Source: the human T2T-CHM13v2.0 reference genome, Homo sapiens. Taken from it: a stretch of DNA of 64,000 nucleotides. The stretch's first letter is position 1. Every line of letters begins with the position of its first letter. The DNA is taken from the NCBI RefSeq assembly GCF_009914755.1, contig NC_060940.1; one strand, given 5' to 3'. The translations under genes and the position numbers were made by a program. The notes beneath the pieces were generated by a model, which was not told where the DNA came from, ran no database searches, and saw only the letters and a program-made list of their open reading frames with translations. Positions 28,101 through 42,700 of this stretch are shown here, piece by piece.

Positions 28101-31100
28101 TCCATTCGAGTACATTAGATGATTCCATTCGATTCCATTCAATGATGATTCTATTTGTGTCCCTTAGATGGTTCCACATGATTCCATTTCATGATGATAC
28201 TATTTGAGCCCATCCAATGATTCCCTTCGATTCCATTCGATGAGGATTCCATTCGATTCAATTCATTGGTGATTCTATTCAATTCAATTCTTTGATTCCA
28301 TTCCATTCCATTCGACAATGATTCCATTCGATTTCTTTCGATGATTCCACTCGATTCCACTTGACATTGATTCCATTCGATTCCATTCAATGATTCCGTT
28401 TGATTCCAGTGGATGATGATTGCCATCGATTCCATTCGATCACTCCATTCTATTCCATTTGATGAGGATTACATTCGATTCCATTTGATGATTCCATCTG
28501 ATTCTATTCGAGGATTCCATTTGATTCCATTCGATGATGATTCCATTCGAGTGCATTCGATGATTTCATTCGAGTACATCCAATGATTCCATTCGAGTCC
28601 ATTTGATTTTTCCATTTAATTCCATTTGATTATGATTCTACTAGAGTCCATTCAATGACTCCATTCGAATCCATTCAACAATTCCATTCGAGGCCATTCG
28701 ATGATTCCATTTCATGATTCTATTCGAGTCCATTTAATCATTACAGTCGAGTCCATTTGGTGATTCCACTGGATTTCTTTTGATAATGATACCATTCAAT
28801 TACATTTGATGATGATACCATTCAATTTCATTTGATGGTGATTCCATTAGAGTCCATTCGATGATTTCATTCGAGTCCCTTCATTGATTCCATCCGATTT
28901 CATTTGATGATGACTCCATTCGAGTCCATTCGATGATTCCACTCGATTCCATTAGATGATTCCATTGGAGTCCATTTGATTGTTCCATTCGATTCTATTC
29001 GATTCCTTTCGAAGATTATTCCATTTGAGTCCATTCGATGATGATTCCATTCCATTCCATTCGATGATTCCGTTTGATTCCATTCGATGATTCCCTTCGA
29101 TTCCTTTCTTTGATGATTCCATTCCATTCCATTCAATGATTCCATTCGAATCTATTCCATGATGATTCCTTTCGATTCCATTCGCTGATGTTTCCGTTCA
29201 ATTCCATTCGATGATGATTCCATTCGATTCCATTCATTGAGGATTCCATTTGATTCCATTCAATGATGATTCCATTCTATTCCATTCAATGATTGCATTC
29301 AATTCCATTCAATGATTATCCCCTTAGAGTAAACTCAACGATTCCATTCAATACCATTCGATGATGATTCCTTTTGAGTCCATTCAATGATTTCATTCAA
29401 GTCCATTTGATGATTCCTTTCAATTCCATTCTATGATGATTCCATTCGAGTCCATTCGATGATTCCATTCGATTGCATTCGATGATTCCATTATATTCCA
29501 TTCAACGGTGATTCCATTCGAGTCCATTCCATGATTCCATTAGAGTACATTTAATGATTGCTTTGTTTTCAATTCGAAGATGATTACATTGGATTCCATT
29601 CTATGATACCATTCGATTCCATTCAATGATGATTCCACTCAAATCCATTGGATGATTCCATTCGTGTCCATTCGGTGATTTCATTAGATTCCATTCGAGG
29701 ATGATTCCATTCGATTCCATTCGATGATTCCATTCAATTCCATTCGATGATGATTCCATTCCAGTCCATATGATCATTCCATTTGATTTCATTCGATGAT
29801 GATTCCATTCGAATCCATTCGATGATTCCATTCTATTCCATTCGATGATGATTCCATTCGAGTCCATTCGATGATTCCATTCGAGTCCATTTAATGATTC
29901 CATTGGGTTCAATTCAATGATGATTACATTGGATTCCGTTCTATGATTCTATTCAATTCCGTTCATTGACAATTTGATTCCATTCGATGATGATTCCATT
30001 TGAGTTCATTCGATGATTCTATTTGATTCTCTTCGATGGTGATTCAATTCTATTATATTGGATGATTCCATTCGATTCCATTTGATGTTGATTCAATTCG
30101 ATTCTATTCGATGATGATTCCATTGGATTTCACTTCATGATTCTGTTCGATTCCATTCAATTATGATTCACTTCTCGTCCATTGGATGATTCCATTTCAT
30201 TCCATTCGATGATGATTCCATTCGATTCCATTCGATGATTCCATTTGATTCCATGCGTCGGTGAGCAATTCGATTCAATTCCATGATGATTCTATTTGAT
30301 TCAATTAGATGATGTTTCCATTCGAATCCATTCCATGATTATTCCATTGGAATCCATTCGGCGATGATTCCATATGAGTCAATTCAATGATGATTCCATA
30401 TGGGTCCGTTCGATGATAATTCCATTTGATTTCATTCGGTGCTTCTATTCAATTCCAGTCGATGATGATTCCGTTGGAGTCCATACGATGATTCCATTTG
30501 ATTTCATTTGATGATGATTCCATTCGATGATGATTACATTGGATTCCATTCTATGATTCCATTCAATTCCATTCGTTGATGATTCGATTCCATTCAATGA
30601 TGATTCCATTTGAGTTCATTCGATGATTCTATTCGATTCCGTTCGATGGTGATTCAATTCTCTTATATTGGATGAATCCACTCGATTCCATTTGATGATT
30701 ATTCCATTGGAGTCCACTTAGTGAATCCTTCAGATTCTACTCGAAGATGATTCCATTCAAGTCCATTCGATGATACCATTCAATTCCATTCGTTGATGCT
30801 TCCATTCAAGTGCATTCGATGATATCATTCGATTCCATTTGATGATAATTCCATTTCATTCCATGCGATGATTCTATTCGATTCCATTCAATGATAATTC
30901 CATTCAGTTCAGTGATTCCTCTGGACTCCATTTGATGATGATTCCATTCAATGATTCCATTCGATTCTATTCGAAAATGATTCCATTTGAATCCATTTGA
31001 TGATGATTCCATTAGATTCCATTTGATGATTCCATTCGATTCCATGCGACGATGATTCCATTCGATTCCATTTGATGATTCCATTCTATTCTATTCGATG

Positions 31101-32169
31101 ATGATTCCATTCGATTCCATTCGATGATGATTGGATTTGATTCCATTTGATGATTTCATTTGATTCCATTCGTTAATGATTTCGATCAATTCCATTCGAT
31201 GATTCCATTCGATTCCATTCGATAATGATTACATCCGTGTCCATTCAATGATTTCATTTGAGCCTGTTCGATAATTCCATTGGAGTCCAACCAATGATTC
31301 CATTCATTTCCATTCAATGATTCCATTCGAGTCCATTTGATCATTCCGGTAGGGTCCATTCGATGTTGATTCCATTGGAGTGCATTCGATGATTCCATTC
31401 GAGTCCATTTTATGATTTGATTCGAGTCCTTTCGATGATTCCATTCGATTCCACTCGATGATGATTTCATTCGAGTCCATTCGACACTTCCAATCGATTC
31501 CATTTGATGTTTCCATTCGAGTCCAATTGATGATTCCATTCAATTCCATTCGATGATGATTCCGTACGATTCCATTCTGTGATGATTCCATGTGATTGCA
31601 TTCAATGATGATTCCTTTAGATTGCATTCGATTGTGATTCATTTCGTCTTCATTCTATGGTTCCACAGGTTTCCATTCGTGTCCATTCCATTATTCCATT
31701 CTATTCCATTTGATGATGATTCCATTCGATTCCATTCATTGGTGATTCCACTCAATTCCATTCAATGATTCCATTCCATTTCTTTCAACAATGATTCCAT
31801 TAGTTTCTAATCGATGATCCACTTGATTCCATTTGACGACGATTCTATTCTTCTCCATTCGATGATTCCATTTGATTCCATATCATGTTGATTCCATTCG
31901 ATTCCATACGATGATGATTCCGTTCGAGTCCATTCCATGGTGATTCCATTCAATTCCATTCGATGATTCCTTTCGATTCCATTCGATGATGATGGCATTC
32001 GATTCCTTTCAATCATTCCCTTTGATTCCATTCAAAGGTGATTTCATTCAAGTCCATTCGATAATTGCATTCGATTCCATTCTATGATGATTCCATTCGA
32101 GTCCATTTGATGATTCCATTCAATTCAAGTCAATGATGATTCCATTCGATTCCATTCGATGATTCCATT
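21439..32169 (+). repeat. Copy 2 of near-identical 10.7 kb segment
   Basis: Constant 21,438 offset (331/21769, 3515/24953, 6713/28151, 10369/31807) with shared rare variants. Confidence 0.93.
22987..24818 (+). repeat. X block, copy 2
   Basis: Same diagnostic strings at +21,438. Confidence 0.85.
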
Positions 32170-32185
32170 CAATTCCATTCGATGA

Positions 32186-35100
32186 TGATTCCATTCAAAT
32201 CCATTCGATAATTCAATTCAAGTCCATTCGATGATGATTAAAATCGAATCCATTCAAAGATTCCATTCAGTTCCATTCGATGATTCCCTTAGATTCCATT
32301 CGATGATTCCACTTGATTCCATTTACGATGATTCCATTCGATTCCATGTGATGATTCCATTCAATTCTATTCAATGCTGTTTCCATTTGATTCCATTCGA
32401 CCATGATTGCCTTTGATTCCATTCAATGACTCCATTCGGTTCCTTTTGATGATGATTCCGTTCGATTCCATTTCATTATTCCATTTGATTCCATTGGATG
32501 AGTCCATTCGATTACATTTGATGATTATTCCATTCGAGTGCATTAGATGATTCCATTCGAGTCCATTCGATGATTCCATTCGATTCCATTCGATGTTGAT
32601 TCTGTTCAAATCCATTCGATGATTCCACTCGATTCCATTCGATGACTCCAGTTGATCCCATTCGATGATTTCCTTTGATTCCCTTTGATGATCATTCCAT
32701 TTGATTCAATTCGGTGATTTCATTTGATTCCATTCAGTGATGTTTCCATTCGACTCCATTCGATGATGATTCCATTCGACTCCATTCGATTATGATTTCA
32801 TTCAATTCCATTCGATAATGATTCCCTTCGAGTCCATTCGATGATTCCATTCGATTACATTCAACAATGATTTGATTCGTGTCCATTCGATGATTCCATT
32901 TGATTCCACTTGATGATGATTCCATTCGAGTCCATTTGATGATTCCATTCAATTCCATTCTCCGATGATTTCTTTTGAGCCCATTCAATGCTTCCACTCG
33001 ATTCCATATGATGATGACTCCATTCGATGAAATTCGATGATGATTCCATTCGCTTGCATTCGATGATGATTCCACTTGAGTCCATTAGAAGATTCTATTC
33101 AATGTTATTCGATGATTCCATTCGATCTCATTCGATGATGATTCCATTCAACTCCATTCGATGTTTCCATTCGAGTTCATTCTATTATTCCATTAGATTC
33201 CATTCGATGATGATTCCATTCGATTCCATTTGATGATTGCATTCTATTTCATTTGATGATGATTCCATTCGAGTCCACTCGATGATTCCATTCGAGTCCA
33301 TTTAATGAATCCATTGGTTTCAATTCTATGATGATTACATTGGATTCCATTCGTTGATGATTTCATTCGGTTCCATTCAATGATGATTCCATTCAATTCC
33401 TTTCAATGTTTCCATTCAATTCCATACGATGATGATTCCATTTGATTTGATTCGACAGTGAGCCATTCGATTCAATTCCATGATGATTCTATTTGATTCC
33501 ATTGGTTGACATATCCATTCGATTCCATTCGATGATGATTCCCTTTGATTCCATTCAAAGATGATTCCATTCTAGCCCATTCAATCATTCCATTCGATTC
33601 TATTCAATGATGATTCCATTCATGTCGATTTGGTGATTCCATTTGACTTCATTTGATGATGATTCCTTTCAAGTTCATTAGATGATTCCATTCGATTCCA
33701 TTTGATGATGATCCCATTCGAGTCCATTCAGTGATTCCACTCGTTTCCATTCCATGATGATTCCATTCCATTCCATTCAATGATTCCATTCGATTCCGTT
33801 TGATGATGATTTCATTCGAGTCCATTTGATGATTCCATTTGATTCCATTCGATGATGATTCCATTCGAGTCCATTCGATGATTGTATTCGAATCCATTTG
33901 ATGATTTCTTTTCATTATAGTTGGTGATGATTCCATTGGAGTCCATTCAATGATTCCATTCGATTCCAATCGATGGTGATTCCATTAGAGTCCATTTAAT
34001 GATTCCATTTGATTCCAGTCTCTGATGATTACATTCGAGTCCATACAATGATTCCACTCAATTCCATATGATGATGATTCCATTCGATTCCATTCGATGA
34101 TTCCATTCTATTCTATTCAATGGTGATTCCATTCAAATCCATTCGATAATTCAATTCAAGTCCATTCGATGATGATTAAAATCGAATCCATTCAAAGATT
34201 CCATTCAGTTCCATTCGATGATTCCCTTAGATTCCATTCGATGATTCCACTTGATTCCATTTACGATGATTCCATTCGATTCCATGTGATGATTTCATTC
34301 AATTCTATTCAATGCTGTTTCCATTTGATTCCATTCGACCATGATTGCCTTTGATTCCATTCAATGACTCCATTCGGTTCCTTTTGATGATGATTCCGTT
34401 CGATTCCATTTGATGATTCCATTTGATTCCATTGGATGAGTCCATTCGATTACATTCGATGATTATTCCATTCGAGTGCATTAGATGATTCCATTCGAGT
34501 CCATTCGATGATTCCATTCGATTCCATTCGATGTTGATTCTGTTCAAATCCATTCGATGATTCCACTCGATTCCATTCGGTGACTCCAGTTGATCCCATT
34601 CGATGATTTCCTTTGATTCCCTTTGATGATCATTCCATTTGATTCAATTCGGTGATTTCATTTGATTCCATTCAGTGATGATTCCATTCGACTCCATTCG
34701 ATGATGATTCCATTCGACTCCATTCGATTATGATTTCATTCAATTCCATTCGATAATGATTCCCTTCGAGTCCATTCGATGATTCCATTCGATTCCATTC
34801 AACAATGATTTGATTCGTGTCCATTCAATGATTCCATTTGATTCCACTTGATGATGATTCCATTCGAGTCCATTTGATGATTCCATTCAATTCCATTCTC
34901 CGATGATATCTTTTGAGCCCATTCAATGCTTCCACTCGATTCCATATGATGATGACTCCATTCGATGAAATTCGATGATGATTCCATTCGCTTGCATTCG
35001 ATGATGATTCCACTTGTGTCCATTAGAAGATTCTATTCAATTACATTCCATGACGATTCCGTTCGAGTCCATTTGATGATTCCATTAGACTCCATTCGAC

Positions 35101-36136
35101 GATGATTCCATTCGATGTTATTCGATGATTCCATTCGATCTCATTCGATGATGATTCCATTCAACTCCATTCGATGTTTCCATTCGAGTTCATTCTATTA
35201 TTCCATTAGATTCCATTCGATGATGATTCCATTCGATTCCATTTGATGATTGCATTCTATTTCATTTGATGATGATTCCATTCGAGTCCACTCGATGATT
35301 CCATTCGAGTCCATTTAATGAATCCATTGGTTTCAATTCTATGATGATTACATTGGATTACATTCGTTGATGACTTCATTCGGTTCCATTCAATGATGAT
35401 TCCATTCAATTCCTTTCAATGTTTCCATTCAATTCCATACGATGATGATTCCATTTGATTTGATTCGACAGTGAGCCATTCGATTCAATTCCATGATGAT
35501 TCTATTTGATTCAATTGGTTGACATTTCCATTCGATTCCATTCGATGATGATTCCCTTTGATTCCATTCAAAGATGATTCCATTCTAGCCCATTCAATCA
35601 TTCCATTCGATTCTATTCAATGATGATTCCATTCATGTCGATTTGGTGATTCCATTTGACTTCATTTGATGATGATTCCTTTCAAGTTCATTAGATGATT
35701 CCATTCGATTCCATTTGATGATGATCCCATTCGAGTCCATTCAGTGATTCCACTCGTTTCCATTCCATGATGATTCCATTCCATTCCATTCAATGATTCC
35801 ATTCGATTGCGTTTGATGATGATTTCATTCGAGTCCATTTGATGATTCCATTTGATTCCATTCGATGATGATTCCATTCGAGTCCATTCGATGATTCTAT
35901 TCGAATCCATTTGATGATTTCTTTTGATTATAGTTGGTGATGATTCCATTGGAGTCCATTCAATGATTCCATTCGATTCCAATCGATGGTGATTCCATTA
36001 GAGTCCATTTAACGATTCCATTTGATTCCAGTCTCTGATGATTACATTCGAGTCCATACGATGATTCCACTCAATTCCATATGATGATGATTCCATTCGA
36101 TTCCATTCGATGATTCCATTCTATTCTATTCAATGG
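32186..36136 (+). repeat. Local tandem duplication, 1,938 bp + 2,013 bp copies
   Basis: ATTAAAATCGAATCC-containing ORFs at 32231 and 34169 (offset 1,938); offset becomes 2,013 (33649/35662) after a 75 bp deletion in the first copy near 33100. Confidence 0.88.
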
Positions 36137-39100
36137 TGATTCCATTCGAGTACATTAGATGATTCCATTCGATTCCATTCAATGATGATTCTATTTGTGT
36201 CCCTTAGATGATTCCACATGATTCCATTAGATGATGATACTATTTCAGCCCATCCAATGATTCCCTTCGATTCCATTCGATGAGGATTCCATTCGATTCA
36301 ATTCATTGGTGATTCTATTCAATTCAATTCTTTGATTCCATTCCATTCCATTCGACAATGATTCCATTCGATTTCTTTCGATGATTCCACTCGATTCCAC
36401 TTGACATTGATTCCCTTCGATTCCATTCAATGATTCCATTTGATTCCAGTGGATGATGATTGCCATCGATTCCATTCGATCACTCCATTCTATTCCATTT
36501 GATGATGATTACATTCGATTCCATTTGATGATTCCATCTGATTCTATTCGAGGATTCCATTTGATTCCATTCGATGATGATTCCATTCGAGTCCATTCGA
36601 TGATTTCATTCGAGTACATCCAATGATTCCATTCGAGTCCATTTGATGATTCCATTTGATTCCATTTGATAATGATTCTACTAGAGTCCATTCAATGACT
36701 CCATTCGAGTCCATTCAACAATTCCATTCGACTCCATTTGATGATTCCATTCGATTCCATTTGATGATTCCATTCGAGTCCATTTAATCATTACAGTCGA
36801 GTCCATTTGGTGATTCCACCGGATTTCTTTTGATAATGATACCATTCAATTACATTTGATGATGATCCCATTCAATTTCATTTGATGGTGATTCCATTAG
36901 AGTCCATTCGATGATTTCATTCGAGTCCCTTCATTGATTCCATCCGATTTCATTGGATGATGACTCCATTCGAGTCCATTCGATGATTCCACTCGATTCC
37001 ATTAGATGATTCCATTGGAGTCCATTTGATTGTTCCATTCGATTCCATTCGATTCCTTTCGAAGATTATTCCATTTGAGTCCATTCGATGATGATTCCAT
37101 TCCATTCCATTCGATGATTCCGTTTGATTCCATTCGATGATTCCCTTCGATTCCTTTCTTTGATGATTCCATTCCATTCCATTCAATGATTCCATTCGAA
37201 TCTATTCCATGATGATTCCTTTCGATTCCATTCGCTGATGTTTCCGTTCAATTCCATTCGATGATGATTCCATTCGATTCCATTCATTGAGGATTCCATT
37301 TGATTCCATTCAATGATGATTCCGTTCTATTCCATTCAATGATTGCATTCAATTCCATTCAATGATTATCCCCTTAGAGTAAACTCAACGATTCCATTCA
37401 ATACCATTCGATGATGATTCCTTTTGAGTCCATTCAATGATTTCATTCAAGTCCATTTGATGATTCCTTTCAATTCCATTCTATGATGATTCCATTCGAG
37501 TCCATTCGATGATTCTATTCGATTGCATTCGATGATTCCATTATATTCCAGTCAACGATGATTCCATTCGAGTCCATTCGATGATTCCATTAGAGTACAT
37601 TTAATGATTGCTTTGTTTTCAATTCGAAGATGATTACATTGGATTCCATTCTATGATACCATTCGATTCCATTCAATGATGATTCCACTAAAATCCATTG
37701 GATGATTCCATTCGTGTCCATTCGGTGATTTCATTAGATTCCATTCGAGGATGATTCCATTCGATTCCATTCGATGATTCCATTCAATTCCATTCAATGA
37801 TGATTCCATTCCAGTCCATATGATCATTCCATTTGATTTCATTCGATGATGATTCCATTCGATTCCATTCGATGATTCCATTCTATTCCATTCGATGATG
37901 ATTCCATTCGAGTCCATTCGATGATTCCATTCGAGTCCATTTAATGATTCCATTGGGTTCAATTCAATGATGATTACATTGGATTCCGTTCTATGATTCC
38001 ATTCAATTCCGTTCATTGACAATTTGATTCCATTCGATGATGATTCCATTTGAGTTCATTCGATGATTCTATTCGATTCTCTTCGATGGTGATTCAATTC
38101 TATTATATTGGATGATTCCATTCGATTCCATTTGATGTTGATTCAATTCGATTCTATTCGATGATGATTCCATTGGATTTCACTTGATGATTCTATTCGA
38201 TTCCATTCAATGATGATTCACTTCTCGTCCATTGGATGATTCCATTTCATTCCATTCGATGATGATTCCATTCGATTCCATTCGATGATTCCATTTGATT
38301 CCATGCGACGGTGAGCAATTCGATTCAATTCCATGATGATTCTATTTGATTCAATTAGATGATGTTTCCATTCGAATCCATTCCATGATTATTCCATTGG
38401 AATCCATTTGGCGATGATTCCATATGAGTCAATTCAATGATGATTCCATATGGGTCCGTTCGATGATAATTCCATTTGATTTTATTCGATGCTTCTATTC
38501 TATTCCAGTCGATGATGATTCCGTTGGAGTCCATACGATGATTCCATTTGATTTCATTTGATGATGATTCCATTCGATGATGATTACATTGGATTCCATT
38601 CTATGATTCCATTCAATTCCATTCGTTGATGATTCGATTCCATTCAATGATGATTCCATTTGAGTTCATTCGATGATTCTATTCGATTCCGTTCGATGGT
38701 GATTCAATTCTATTATATTGGATGATTCCACTCGATTCCATTTGATGATTATTCCATTGGAGTCCACTTAGTGAATCCTTTAGATTCTACTCGACGATGA
38801 TTCCATTCGAGTCCATTCCATGATACCATTCAATTTCATTCGTTGATGCTTCCATTCAAGTGCATTCGATGATATCATTCGATTCCATTTGATGATAATT
38901 CCATTTGATTCCGTGCGATGATTCTATTCGATTCCATTCAATGATAATTCCATTCAATTCAGTGATTCCTCTGGACTCCATTTGATGATGATTCCATTCA
39001 ATGATTCCATTCGATTCTATTCCAAAATGATTCCATTTGAATCCATTTGATGATGATTCCATTAGATTCCATTTGATGATTCCATTCGATTGCATTTGAC

Positions 39101-39724
39101 GATGATTCCATTCGATTCCATTTGATGATTCCATTCTATTCTATTCGATGATGATTCCATTCGATTCCATTTGATGATGATTGGATTCGATTCCATTTGA
39201 TGATTTCATTTGATTCCATTCGTTAATGATTTCGATCAACTCCATTCGTTGATTCCATTTGATTCCATTCGATAATGATTACATCCGAGTCCACTCGATG
39301 ATTCCATTTGAGCCCGTTCGATAATTCCATTTGAGTCCAATCAATGATTCCATTCATTTCCATTCAATGATTCCATTCGAGTCCATTTGATCATTCTGGT
39401 AGGGTCCGTTCGATGTTGATTCCATTGGAGTGCATTCGATGATTCCATTCGAGTCCATTTTAGGATTTGATTCGAGTCCTTTCGATGATTCCATTCGATT
39501 CCACTCGATGATGATTTCATTCGAGTCCATTCGACACTTCCAATCGATTCCATTTGATGTTTCCATTCGAGTCCAATTGATGATTCCATTCAATTCCATT
39601 CGATGATGATTCCGTACGATTCCATTCTGTGATGATTCCATGTGATTGCATTCCATGATGATTCCTTTCGATTGCATTCGATTATGATTCATTTCGTGTT
39701 CATTCTATGGTTCCACAGGTTACC

Positions 39725-42700
39725 ATTCGATGACGTTTCCGTTCGTGTCCATTCCATTATTCCATTCTATTTCATTTGATGATGATTCCATTCGATTCCA
39801 TTCATTGGTGATTCCACTCAATTCCATTCAATGATTCCATTCCATTTCTTTCAACAATGATTCCATTAGTTTCTATTCGATGATCCACTTGATTCCATTT
39901 GGCGATGATTCCATTCGTGTCCATTCGATGATTCCATTTGATTCCATATGATGATGATTCCATTCGATTCCATACCATGATGATTCCATTCGAGTCCATT
40001 CAATGGTGATTCCATTCAATTCCATTCGATGATTCCTTCCGATTCCATTCGATGATGATGGCATTCGATTCCTTTCAATCATTCCCTTTGATTCCATTCA
40101 AAGGTGATTTCATTCAAGTCCATTCGATAATTGCATTCGATTCCATTCTATGATGATTCCATTCGAGTCCATTTGATGATTCCATTCAATTCAAGTCAAT
40201 GATGATTCCATTCAATTCCACTCGATGATTCCATTGGATTCCATTCGATGATGATTCCATTCAAATCCATTCGATAATTCAATTCAAGTCCATTCGATGA
40301 TGATTCCAATCGAATCCATTCAAAGATTCCATTCAATTCCATTCGATGATGATTCCCTTAGATTCCATTCGATGATTCCACTTGATTCCATTTACGATGA
40401 TTCCATTCGATTCCATGTGATGAATCCATTCAATTCTATTCAATGATGTTTCCATTTGATTCCATTGGACCATGATTGCCTTTGATTCCATTCAATGATT
40501 CCATTCGGTTCCATTTGATGATGATTCCGTTCGATTCCATTTCATTATTCCATTTGATTCCATTGGATGAGTCCATTCGATTACATTCGATGATTATTCC
40601 ATTCGAGTGCATTAGATGATTGCATTCGAGTCCATTCGATGATTCCATTCGATTCCATTCGATGTTGATTCTGTTCAAATCCATTCGATGATTCCACTCG
40701 ATTCCAATCGATGACTCCATTTGATCCCATTCGATGATTTCCTGTGATTCCCTTTGATGATCATTCTATTTGATTCAATTCGGTGATTTCATTTCATTCC
40801 ATTCAGTGATGTTTCCATTCGACTGTATTCGATGATGATTCCATTCGACTCCATTCGATTATGATTTCATTCAATTCCATTCAACAATGATTCCCTTCGA
40901 GTCCATTCGATGATTCCATTCGATTCCATTCAACGATGATTTGATTCGTTTCCATTCGATGATTCCATTTGATTCCACTTGATGATGATTCCATTCGAGT
41001 CCATTTGATGATTCCATTCGAGTCTTTTTATGTATTATATTCTTGTCCACTTCATGATTCCATTCAATTCCATTTAATGTTGATTCCATTTGATTCCATT
41101 TGATGATTCAGTTCGATTCCTTGCAATGATTCCCTACGATTCCTTTCTCTGATGATTCCATTCAATTCCATTCATTGATGATTTCATTCGACTCCATTCG
41201 ATGATGATTCCTTTCGATTCCATTTGACGATGTTTCCATTCGAGTCCATTCGATGATGATTCTATTCAATTCTGTTCTATTATGATTCCATTCGATTTCA
41301 TTCAATGCTTCTATTTGATTCCATTCGATGATGATTCCATCTCTTTCCCTTCGATGATTCCATTTGATTCCATTCAGTGATGATTCCATTTGATTCCATC
41401 TGATGATGATTTCACTTGATTCCTTTCAATGATGATTCAATTCAAGTCCATTCGATGATTCCATTGGAGTCCAAACGATCATTCCGTTCGATTCCATTCA
41501 ATGGTGATTCCATTCATGTCCATTCGATGAATCCATTCAATTCCATTCGATGATGACTCCATTCGAGTACATTCGATGATTCCATTTGATTCCATTTGAA
41601 GATGATTCCATTCAATTCCATTCGAAGATGATTCCATTCAATTCCATTCGATGATGATTCCGTATGAATCCATTCTCTGATTATTCCATTCGATTCCATT
41701 CATTGACGATTCCATTCAATTCCATTCAATGATGATTCTCTTCTATTCCATTCGATGATTCCGGTCGATTCCATTCGATGATGATTCCATTAGATTCCAT
41801 TCGATTGTTGCATTCGATTCCCTTCGATGATGATTCCTTTGAATTCCATTCGATTATCATTCCGTATGAATCCATTTGATGATTATTCCATTGGATTCCT
41901 TTCGATGATGATTCCATTCGATTCCATTTGATGATGTTTCTCTTGTATTCCATTGGATAATTCCTTTCAGTTCCCTTCGATGATTATTCTTTCGAGTCAA
42001 TTCGATGATTCTATTCCATTCCCTTCGATGATGATTCCATTTCACTCCATTTGATGATTCCATTCGACTCAATTTGGTGATGATTCAATTCGATGACATT
42101 CGATGACTCCATTCAATTTCATTTGATGATGATTACATTCGAGTCCATTTGATGATTGTATTCCTTTCCTTTTGATGATTATTCCATTCGTGTCTATTCA
42201 AAGGTTCCATTCTATTCCATTCAATGATGATTGCATTTGATTCCATTCAATGATTATGGCTATCGATTCCACTCGTTGATTCCATTTGATTCCGTTCGAT
42301 GATTATTCCGTTAGATTCCATTAGAAGATTCCATTCGATTTTATTCAATGATTCCAATGGATTCCATTCAATGATGATTCCATTCGACTCCATTCAGTGA
42401 TTCCATTCGAGTCCATTTGATGATTCCATTCTTTTCCATTTGATGATGATTCCATTAGGGTCCATTCAATGATTCCATTCGAGTCCATTCGTTAATGCCT
42501 TTCGAGTCCTTTTGATCACTACATTCGAGTCCATTCAATGATTCTATTCGATTCCATTCCATGATGATTCCATTCGAGTTCATTCGATGATTGCATTCGA
42601 GTCCATTTGATGATTCCATAGGATTCCCTTCGACAATGATTCCATTCGTGTCCATTTGATGATTCCATTCATTTCCTATCGATGAAGATTCCATTCAAGT

